A DNA stretch of 24,000 bases, taken from contig DATKEN010000092.1 of the NCBI GenBank assembly GCA_035512155.1, forward strand, positions 1 through 24,000. The letters are read 5' to 3'. Position numbers and translations under genes: made by a program. The notes beneath the pieces were generated by a model that did no database searches, was not told where the DNA came from, and saw only the letters and a list, made by a program, of their open reading frames with translations. Source of the DNA: Terriglobales bacterium (lineage in GTDB: Bacteria > Acidobacteriota > Terriglobia > Terriglobales > Acidobacteriaceae). Positions 1-6,893 of this stretch are shown piece after piece (within the stretch, counting starts at the first letter, position 1; each line of letters starts with the position of its first letter).

Positions 1-1
1 C

Positions 2-2662
2 CTAACTCCTCCGCCCGCAGGGGACGGTGGTGGTCCCGGCGCGCTGAGCATTCAACCGGTCAACATTGAAGAGGAGATGCGGCGGTCGTATCTCGACTAT
101 TCGATGTCGGTGATTATTGGGCGCGCGCTGCCTGACGTGCGTGACGGCTTGAAGCCAGTGCACCGGCGCATTCTGTACACAATGCAGCAGATGGGCCTGG
201 CTTTCAACCGGGCTACCCGCAAGTGTGCGCGAATCGTCGGTGAGACCATGGGCAAATACCATCCGCACGGCAACCTGGCGGTTTACGATGCCCTAGTGCG
301 ACTGGCGCAGCCGTTCGCCATGCGTTATCCACTGGTGGATGGTCAGGGGAACTTCGGCTCGGTGGACGGAGACCCGCCTGCAGCCGACCGATACACCGAA
401 GCACGCCTCACGCGCGTGGCCGGTGCTTTGCTGGAGGACCTGGACAAGGAAACCGTTGACTTCCGCCCGAACTACGACGGCAACGAAACTGAGCCCGACG
501 TTCTGCCTACCCGTATTCCAAATTTGCTGGTGAATGGGTCGGACGGGATCGCAGTGGGGATGGCAACGAAAATTCCGCCGCACAATCTGACGGAGATCGT
601 CGACGCCACGATTACGCTGGTGAACAATCCCGTCGCGCCATTGCCTGAGATTCTGAAAATTGTGAAGGGTCCAGACTTTCCGACCTACGGAATTATCCAC
701 GGCAAAGCAGGCATCCTCGAGGCTTACAAAACCGGCCGGGGACGCTTCATGATGCGCGCCAAGGCGGGAATCGAAACCTTCAACAAAGATCGTCAGGCTA
801 TCGTGGTCACTGAAATTCCCTATCAAGTGAACAAATCCCGCCTGATCGAACGCATCGCGCAACTGGTCAACGACAAGGTTATCGACGACATTTCCGACAT
901 TCGCGATGAGAGCGACCGCGAAGGCATGCGCATTGTGATCGAACTTAAGCGCGGCGGCGAGCCCCAGATCGTGCTCAATCAGCTCTTCAAGCACACCTCG
1001 ATGCAGGAAGGTTTCAGCATGATCTTCCTGGCCGTGGTGAATGGGCAGCCCAAGGAGATGGGGCTGATCCAGGCCATCAAACACTTCATCGATCACCGCG
1101 TCGATGTGGTCCGCCGCCGTACAGCTTACTTACTGCAAAAGGCGAAGGACCGCGAGCACATCCTCGAAGGTTATCTGACTGCGCTTGATCACCTGGACAA
1201 TGTCATTATCATCATCCGTGCGAGCTCCAACCGCGCGGAGGCGCGCGAAAATCTGGTGGTTTTCTTTGCAGGCAAGAAAATCGACATCAACACCACTGGA
1301 CGCGCACCCAAGCTCAATCCGGAAAAGCCGTTCACCAGTATTCAGGCGGACGCGATCCTTGAATTGCAACTGCATCGCCTGACCAAGCTCTCGATCGATG
1401 AAATCACCAAGGAATTGAATCTCACCCGCGAAAACATTACCGAATACGAGTCCATTCTCGGCTCGGAAAAGAAACTGCGCGGAGTGATCGTGAAAGAACT
1501 TGAAGAGGTCAAGAAACTGTACGGCGATGAGCGCCGCACCGTGATTGAAGACGAGGCCGCGGAAATCCATCTGGAAGACCTGATCGCTGACGAGCAGGTC
1601 GCAGTCACGGTCAGCCACGGCGGTTACATGAAGCGCACCCCGATCTCCACCTACCGCATGCAGCGTCGCGGAGGCACGGGCCGCACCGGCATGAAGACGC
1701 GTGACGAGGACTTTGTTGAGCATCTGTTCATCGCCTCTACGCACGCCTACATTCTCATCTTCACTAACACCGGCCGCGTGTACTGGCTCAAGGTGTATGA
1801 GATTCCCGACATCAGCGCCGCGGGAAAAGGCAAGCACGTGGGCAATCTGGTTGGCTTACAGCCCGGCGAGACGGTGCGCACCATGGTGGCGGTCCGCAAC
1901 CTCGAAGAGGTGGGCAAGTACATCTTCTTTGCCACGCGCAATGGCCTGGTCAAGAAGACCGAGCTCAAGGATTTTTGCCACGTGCGCGCAAACGGCATTT
2001 ATGCCATCAGCATCGAGAAGGGCGACGAACTGGTCGCGGTCCGCATCACCGACGGACAGCAGATCGTCTTCCTCGCCACCCACGAAGGCCAAGCCATCCG
2101 CTTCGACGAGGAAGACGTACGCCCCATGGGCCGCCAGGCATACGGTGTCTGGGGCATCCGCATGGAAAAGGGCGACTACCTGGTTGGCATGGCGACAACT
2201 CCCAAACCAAAGACCAATGGTGGCGCGATCGCGGCGCCTGCAGGGAAAGTCCCCGCGATCGAAGCTGAGATTCCTGCCGAGGGTGTTCCAACCTCCGAAG
2301 TTGTAGACGTCGGCAAAAAAGGCACGCTGATCCTTTCCGTTACCGAAAATGGATACGGCAAGCGCACCGCGGCCGACGAATACCGCCTGCAAGGACGTGG
2401 CGGCTCGGGCGTAATCAATGTAAAGACCACCGAACGAAACGGTAAAGTCGTGGGCATCGCCCAGGTGGACGAAAACTCCGAGGTCATGCTCATCAGCCAG
2501 TACGGCAAAATCATCCGCATGGATTCAAAGACCATCCGCGAATCGGGACGCGCTGCCCAGGGCGTCCGCCTACTGAACCTGGAGCCCGGAGACCGCGTGG
2601 CAGCAGCGGTAGTGATTGTGCCCGAAGAAGAGCCGGTGAACGGAGGGACGCTGATTCAGTAG
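2..2662 (+). CDS. gyrA: DNA gyrase subunit A (5'-partial; true start lies upstream of the window)
   Basis: The frame is open from nt 2 with no in-frame start before the conserved N-terminal block (..[38 protein letters not shown]), so the ORF-track Met at 77 is internal. Catalytic-Tyr motif [10 protein letters not shown], GyrA-box QRRGGTG and C-terminal beta-pinwheel repeats are present. Stop TAG at 2660-2662. Confidence 0.97.
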   Translation, partial: LTPPPAGDGGGPGALSIQPVNIEEEMRRSYLDYSMSVIIGRALPDVRDGLKPVHRRILYTMQQMGLAFNRATRKCARIVGETMGKYHPHGNLAVYDALVRLAQPFAMRYPLVDGQGNFGSVDGDPPAADRYTEARLTRVAGALLEDLDKETVDFRPNYDGNETEPDVLPTRIPNLLVNGSDGIAVGMATKIPPHNLTEIVDATITLVNNPVAPLPEILKIVKGPDFPTYGIIHGKAGILEAYKTGRGRFMMRAKAGIETFNKDRQAIVVTEIPYQVNKSRLIERIAQLVNDKVIDDISDIRDESDREGMRIVIELKRGGEPQIVLNQLFKHTSMQEGFSMIFLAVVNGQPKEMGLIQAIKHFIDHRVDVVRRRTAYLLQKAKDREHILEGYLTALDHLDNVIIIIRASSNRAEARENLVVFFAGKKIDINTTGRAPKLNPEKPFTSIQADAILELQLHRLTKLSIDEITKELNLTRENITEYESILGSEKKLRGVIVKELEEVKKLYGDERRTVIEDEAAEIHLEDLIADEQVAVTVSHGGYMKRTPISTYRMQRRGGTGRTGMKTRDEDFVEHLFIASTHAYILIFTNTGRVYWLKVYEIPDISAAGKGKHVGNLVGLQPGETVRTMVAVRNLEEVGKYIFFATRNGLVKKTELKDFCHVRANGIYAISIEKGDELVAVRITDGQQIVFLATHEGQAIRFDEEDVRPMGRQAYGVWGIRMEKGDYLVGMATTPKPKTNGGAIAAPAGKVPAIEAEIPAEGVPTSEVVDVGKKGTLILSVTENGYGKRTAADEYRLQGRGGSGVINVKTTERNGKVVGIAQVDENSEVMLISQYGKIIRMDSKTIRESGRAAQGVRLLNLEPGDRVAAAVVIVPEEEPVNGGTLIQ

Positions 2663-2811
2663 GCAGGCCATACAGAGTCAGGTGGAATCAATAGCTCACG
2701 CCTAGGAACAGGCTTTGCGCTGCAGCCTCACGACTTTCTCCACCGTCGCCAACGCTATGCCGCTTTTCAGCATCTGCATAACGACGAGTCTACTCGTAGG
2801 GAGAAATCACC

Positions 2812-3204
2812 ATGAGAATGCGTACTAAAAAGAATCTGCTGAATCTTCTGCTGGGCGCCGGCGTGTTGCTGCTCGACCCCTTGCGCGATCGGGTTTCGGA
2901 CAGCGTCGTCGACGACTTGAAGGACCGGGCACAAGACCTGCGGGACAAAGCGCGCGACCGTTACGAGGTGGCATCCGATCGCGTGAGCCGTGCTTCGGAC
3001 ATAATTCGAGGCGAGGATCATTCTGTATTGAGCCAGGCATTCGCCTTCGTGGCGGGAGTTGGAGTCGGTGTGGGCGTGGGAATGCTGCTCGCGCCAGCCA
3101 GCGGAGAGGAAACACGCGGCAACCTGGCGGACAAGGTGCACGATTTCGGCAACCAGGTCCGCGACCGTTTTTCCTCAGAACCGCGAACCGCGACCGGGAC
3201 ATAA
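2812..3204 (+). CDS. YtxH domain-containing protein
   Basis: 130-aa ORF with GGGAG (2799-2803) 8 nt upstream of the ATG. A Gly/Val-rich hydrophobic helix is followed by the YtxH-type signature LLAPASGEETRGNLADKV. The N-terminal half is charged (DRAQDLRDKARDRYE). Confidence 0.8.
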   Translation: MRMRTKKNLLNLLLGAGVLLLDPLRDRVSDSVVDDLKDRAQDLRDKARDRYEVASDRVSRASDIIRGEDHSVLSQAFAFVAGVGVGVGVGMLLAPASGEETRGNLADKVHDFGNQVRDRFSSEPRTATGT

Positions 3205-3246
3205 CGCCTGCTGCAGCATTCGGTCTGTTATATCGTCTAACCTGGC

Positions 3247-3901
3247 ATGATCGTCGATCTGAGCCACCGGCTGGAGCCGGATATGCCGGCGTATCCGGGT
3301 CTGCCGGTGCCGCAGTTTCATACGTTCCTGGCACATGGTGATGCCGGAAAACATACTCACTATTCGCCGGGAACGAGTTTCCAAATTGCCACATATGAGT
3401 TTGCTGGCAACACCGGCACCTATGTGGATGCTCCTTTTCATCGCTATCCAAATGGCGCCGACCTCGCTGACGTGTCCCTGGATCGGCTCGTCGATCTGGC
3501 CGGAGTGTTAGTGGATGCTCCGGAAGAAGGAGCGATCGAAGAGCGAATTTTTTCCGGAATTGCGCTGCGGGGAAAGGCTGTCCTGGTGCATACGGGATGG
3601 TCGCGGCGCTGGCGTTCGGATGGCTATTTCCGCTCCGGGCCTTATCTGACGGGCGCGGCTTGTGAACATCTGGTCAATTCGGGAGCGGCGATGGTCGGAA
3701 TCGATTGTGCCAACATCGACAATATGAACGATCGCGTCGCGGCCGGCCCACACTGTGCTGCTGGCAGCCGGTATTCCAATCGTCGAGCATCTCCGGGGTC
3801 TCGAGCAGCTCATCGGGCGAAACTTCCGATTCTTTGCCGCGCCGCCCGCGGTCCGCGGGGGAACGTCGTTTCCGGTGCGGGCCTTTGCTATCTGCGAGTG
3901 A
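3247..3901 (+). pseudogene. Cyclase-family protein (kynurenine formamidase-like), interrupted by an apparent +1 frameshift near 3731-3742
   Basis: The first ~160 aa in frame 1 (MIVDLSHRLEPDMPAYPG..VLVHTGW..GIDCANIDNMND) look like the cyclase family. The expected family C-terminus (SRPAHTVLLAAGIPIVEHLRGLEQLIGRNFRFFAAPPAVRGGTSFPVRAFAICE*) is encoded in frame 2 from ~3731 to TGA 3899-3901. The frame-1 continuation to 3963 in the ORF track is Arg/Ala-rich and overlaps the next gene. Confidence 0.7.
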
Positions 3902-3925
3902 GTCCGGCCTGCAATGAGCCAGGAA

Positions 3926-4408
3926 TTACTGTGAAGGCACGGACACGTGCTCATGCACGATGAGCCATTTTCCGTCCTGCTTTTCAAAGACAACGGTCCA
4001 GCGGAAGGTGGCTAACTCGCGCTTGCCTGACTTCTGTGTCATGTCCGACTTCAACGTTGCCGTGCCCCAGGCATATTCTCCTGCGGCGTGAATTTGGGCA
4101 TCATCATTCACGTCGAACTTGGCGCTCTTATAACCTGCGAGAACGTTGCGTACTCCCTTGTCATATTCATCCCAACTCTCGTACTTGACGGGTGCGATGT
4201 CAAAAAAGATGTGCTGCCCCTGAGCATAGAACTCGGCCACTTTCGAGGGGTCAAGAGTGCTCCAACCGTCCCATATTTTCTGCAGGTAGGCTTTGTCAGG
4301 AAGCGGGCCACTGGACGCTGCTTTCTTGGCGGGCTTCTTGGATGTGGCAAAGCTTGAAAGACTGAGGGCGAGGACGCAGATCAAAAGCGTCAAAAGGCGC
4401 TTCGGCAT
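3926..4408 (-). CDS. Secreted SnoaL/NTF2-like (DUF4440-type) protein
   Basis: 160-aa ORF with GGAGG (complement of 4416-4420) 7 nt upstream of the ATG. It has a signal peptide (MPKRLLTLLICVLALSLSSFA). The rest follows an NTF2-like cone pattern that ends ..FRWTVVFEKQDGKWLIVHEHVS. Confidence 0.75.
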   Translation of the reverse strand: MPKRLLTLLICVLALSLSSFATSKKPAKKAASSGPLPDKAYLQKIWDGWSTLDPSKVAEFYAQGQHIFFDIAPVKYESWDEYDKGVRNVLAGYKSAKFDVNDDAQIHAAGEYAWGTATLKSDMTQKSGKRELATFRWTVVFEKQDGKWLIVHEHVSVPSQ

Positions 4409-4599
4409 TGGGTTTCCTCCGATCCGGCGAAAGATTGTCGCACAGGAATAGAAAAATCACAAAGGACTACACCGCCGGTATTACCTCAGTGGCGTCATCG
4501 CGAGCGCAGCCGTTTTTCAGGCGGAGCGAGGGATCTCGCGTGGCAGCTTCGCCGGACGCGCGGCTCTCCATGCCGCTGTTCAGAAATTCTCAGCGCGGT

Positions 4600-4629
4600 T
4601 TGACGCTTTTCCAGGCCACACGCTAAGAT
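4600..4629 (+). promoter_or_regulatory. Putative sigma70-type promoter for the rplU-rpmA(-obg) operon
   Basis: TTGACG (4600-4605), an 18-nt spacer, then TAAGAT (4624-4629). This lies ~140 nt upstream of the rplU start in the divergent intergenic region. Confidence 0.45.
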
Positions 4630-4770
4630 AGATGGGTTTGCCTGTACTCGCAGCTCCGTTCTGGAGCCGCCCGCCATCGTTGCTGAGAGCGCCGACGCGG
4701 AAAGCAGCAAGCACAATATTCAGCGCTGCGGCATTATGCCGCGGGGATTTGATTGGACGGAGGCATGAGT

Positions 4771-5256
4771 ATGTATGCGGTCATCCGCGCCGGTGGAAAG
4801 CAATACCGGGTGGCGCCCGGCGATGTGATTCGGCTGGAAAACCAGGGCAACGGCACCAATGGGAAGATTGAGTTCAGCGATGTGCTGGCGGTCTCGGGAG
4901 AGCCTGGCCAGATCGGACGGCCCCAATCGGAAGCACGGGTTGTCGGCGAGATTGTGGAACAGGGACGCGGCGCGAAGATCCTTGTCTTCCACTATAAGCG
5001 CAAAAAGCAGTACAAGAAGCTGCGCGGGCATCGCCAGGGGTACACGGCGGTGCGCATCACCGAGATCGCTTTCGACGGGCAGAGTTTCAAGGCGCCCGAC
5101 CTTCAGAAAAAGGAAGCCAAGCCGAAGCCGGTGAAAGCTGCGGTAGTAGAAGAAGCGCCAAAGGCCGAAGCCAAAGTGGCGAAAGCGCATCCAGCGAAGA
5201 AGGTTGCAGCAAAGAAGCCCGCGGCCAAGAAGGCCGCGCCGAAAAAGAAGAAATAA
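4771..5256 (+). CDS. rplU: 50S ribosomal protein L21 with a Lys/Ala/Pro-rich C-terminal extension
   Basis: MYAVIRAGGKQYRVAPGDVIRLE.. is a canonical L21 N-terminus. GGAGG (4759-4763) sits 7 nt before ATG 4771, so the ORF-track start at 4753 (TTG) is probably too long. Followed by rpmA as in most bacteria. Confidence 0.95.
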   Translation: MYAVIRAGGKQYRVAPGDVIRLENQGNGTNGKIEFSDVLAVSGEPGQIGRPQSEARVVGEIVEQGRGAKILVFHYKRKKQYKKLRGHRQGYTAVRITEIAFDGQSFKAPDLQKKEAKPKPVKAAVVEEAPKAEAKVAKAHPAKKVAAKKPAAKKAAPKKKK

Positions 5257-5343
5257 GAGTCAAACACAGGGTCCCTCGACTGGCGTCTTGTCTTCGCTTC
5301 GCGGGGACAAGAACTCCGCTCGGGATGACAGAGAGAGTTATTT

Positions 5344-5607
5344 ATGGCACATAAAAAAGGACAAGGCACTTCACGAAATGGGCGCGATTCGAATGCGCAA
5401 CGGCTGGGCTTTAAGGCTTTTGGCGGACAAGTGGTCCCGGGCGGCACCATCATCGTGCGCCAGAGGGGCACGAGGGTGAAGCCAGGACTCAACGTCGGCC
5501 GTGGCAAAGACGACACGCTCTTCGCCAAGATCAGCGGGCGCATCAAGTTCATGGACAAGGGCTCAATGGGCAAATTCGTGATGATCGAGCCGCTGGCAGC
5601 GAAGTAG
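5344..5607 (+). CDS. rpmA: 50S ribosomal protein L27
   Basis: [43 protein letters not shown].. is canonical L27. There is no Firmicute-type N-terminal propeptide. Confidence 0.97.
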   Translation: MAHKKGQGTSRNGRDSNAQRLGFKAFGGQVVPGGTIIVRQRGTRVKPGLNVGRGKDDTLFAKISGRIKFMDKGSMGKFVMIEPLAAK

Positions 5608-5628
5608 ACGCCGTCATAAAGTTAGAGA

Positions 5629-5684
5629 GGCCGCGGCGAGCTTGAAGCGCGGCCAGCAGCCTCGGCTTGGGTCGAGGCTTTTTT
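5629..5684 (+). terminator. Tandem hairpins plus a T-tract downstream of rpmA (intrinsic terminator or attenuator)
   Basis: Hairpin 1 pairs GGCCGCG (5629-5635) with CGCGGCC (5648-5654). Hairpin 2 pairs AGCCTCG (5658-5664) with CGAGGCT (5673-5679) and runs straight into a T-run ending at 5684. Confidence 0.7.
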
Positions 5685-5738
5685 GCGCGCTCCTATTTCT
5701 GCCGAGCGAGAGCGCCCGTCCCCACACGGTCTATTCAA

Positions 5739-6779
5739 GTGTTCATCGATGAAGCCACAATTCGAGTCAAGGCTGGTGACGGTGGCAATGGCTGCGTGGC
5801 CTTCCGGCGGGAGAAGTTTGTTCCACGTGGAGGTCCGTCGGGTGGGGACGGCGGCAAGGGTGGCGACGTCATCATGGAATCGAGCGAACGTCACAACACG
5901 TTGGTGCATTTCCGTTTTAATCCAGAGTACAAGGCCCAGCGCGGGCGGCACGGAGAAGGTTCCAACCGAACGGGACGCGAAGGTGTCGACGTTCTTCTGA
6001 AAGTCCCAGTAGGGACTATTGTCTACGACGCTGACACGGACGACAAAGTCTACGATTTCTCCCGACCGGATGAACGGGTCGTTATTGCCCAGGGTGGGCG
6101 AGGCGGGCGGGGAAATGCCCGCTTTGCCACTTCGACCCATCAAGCACCGCGTGAGCACGAAGATGGCCGGCCGGGAGTAGAACGGACCTTCCGGCTGGAG
6201 TTGAAACTGCTCGCGGATGTCGGCCTGGTGGGATATCCGAATGTGGGGAAATCGACGCTGATCTCGCGCATCTCCGCGGCTCGGCCTAAGATCGCTGATT
6301 ATCCCTTTACCACGCTGCAGCCAAACTTGGGTGTGGTGATGGTCGGTAAGCCGCCCGAGGAGAAAAGTTTTGTAGTAGCTGACATCCCAGGGCTGATTGA
6401 AGGCGCCCACAAGGGTGCCGGGTTGGGCACACAGTTTCTACGACATATCGAGCGCACGCGGTTGCTGGTGCATCTTGTTGATATTTCGGACGCTAGCGGC
6501 AGGCCGGATCCGGCGAAAGATGTGGAAGTGATCAACGAAGAATTGGCCAGTTTTGGCGCAAATCTCGAAAAAAAGCCGATGATTGTGGTGGGGTCCAAGC
6601 TGGACGTTGCGAACAAGGAGAAGCTGATGAAACTCCGGCGGTATTGCAAGATGAAAGGCTTGGAATTGTTTCCAATTTCCGCGGTCACCGGCAAAGGGAT
6701 TGACGATTTAATGTACGCGATGGCCGGGAAGGTTGAAGAAGTCAGGCTTCAAGCTTCGGTGGTGGGTCATCAGGAATAG
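5739..6779 (+). CDS. obg: GTPase Obg/CgtA
   Basis: Obg-fold N-terminus (V)[41 protein letters not shown], with G1 GYPNVGKST and G3 [10 protein letters not shown] place the start at GTG 5739, matching the MF(V/I)DEA N-terminus of known Obg proteins. The ORF-track TTG at 5667 lies inside the rpmA terminator hairpin. Confidence 0.95.
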   Translation: MFIDEATIRVKAGDGGNGCVAFRREKFVPRGGPSGGDGGKGGDVIMESSERHNTLVHFRFNPEYKAQRGRHGEGSNRTGREGVDVLLKVPVGTIVYDADTDDKVYDFSRPDERVVIAQGGRGGRGNARFATSTHQAPREHEDGRPGVERTFRLELKLLADVGLVGYPNVGKSTLISRISAARPKIADYPFTTLQPNLGVVMVGKPPEEKSFVVADIPGLIEGAHKGAGLGTQFLRHIERTRLLVHLVDISDASGRPDPAKDVEVINEELASFGANLEKKPMIVVGSKLDVANKEKLMKLRRYCKMKGLELFPISAVTGKGIDDLMYAMAGKVEEVRLQASVVGHQE

Positions 6780-6846
6780 ACCTGAACAAGATGCCAAGGG
6801 GTGTACCTAAATAACCCAATTCTCAGTTCATGGTTCTCAGTTCTCA

Positions 6847-6889
6847 GAGCAGACATAAGGCGGCCGAAACGGCCGCCTCTTGTCTGCTC
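6847..6889. terminator. Long composite hairpin between the convergent obg and sensor kinase genes (probable bidirectional terminator; no U-tract)
   Basis: GAGCAGACA-TA-AGGCGGCCG-AAA-CGGCCGCCT-CT-TGTCTGCTC forms 9+9 bp of perfect pairing around a 2x2 internal loop. It lies 5 nt past the kinase stop (6894-6896, - strand) and 68 nt past the obg stop. Confidence 0.6.
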
Positions 6890-6893
6890 GGGT

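Noticed and set aside
293-2535. Several long reverse-strand and alternate-frame ORFs inside gyrA (e.g. 293-1096, 1130-1837, 1856-2392, 1701-2306)
   Set aside because: They lie wholly within a gene whose + strand product is unmistakably GyrA. Their translations are Arg/Ala/Gly/Val-rich with no recognisable motifs. These are typical shadow ORFs of GC-rich coding DNA.
3902-3963. Apparent 38-nt overlap between the cyclase ORF and the convergent SnoaL-like gene
   Set aside because: This is an artefact of reading past the frameshift. In the corrected frame the cyclase gene stops at 3901 and there is no overlap.
4585-4593. AATTCTCAG 9-mer shared between the rplU promoter region and 6818-6826
   Set aside because: Exact 9-mer recurrences are expected many times by chance in 24 kb (on the order of a thousand pairs), so the shared copy carries no weight by itself.
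4408-4716. 72-aa (+) and 73-aa (-) ORFs in the SnoaL-like/rplU divergent intergenic region
   Set aside because: Both are Arg/Ser-rich with no SD or motifs. The region is better explained as divergent promoters plus the rplU leader.
5667-5738. 24-codon N-terminal extension of obg given by the ORF track
   Set aside because: The TTG start lies within the rpmA terminator hairpin. The extension ([24 protein letters not shown]) is not Obg-like. Known Obg proteins begin at the MF(V/I)DEA block, which matches GTG 5739.
5622-6410. 262-aa ORF antisense to obg
   Set aside because: It overlaps the highly conserved Obg coding frame and has low-complexity, Arg/Ser/Pro-rich sequence. There is no independent start context or motif.
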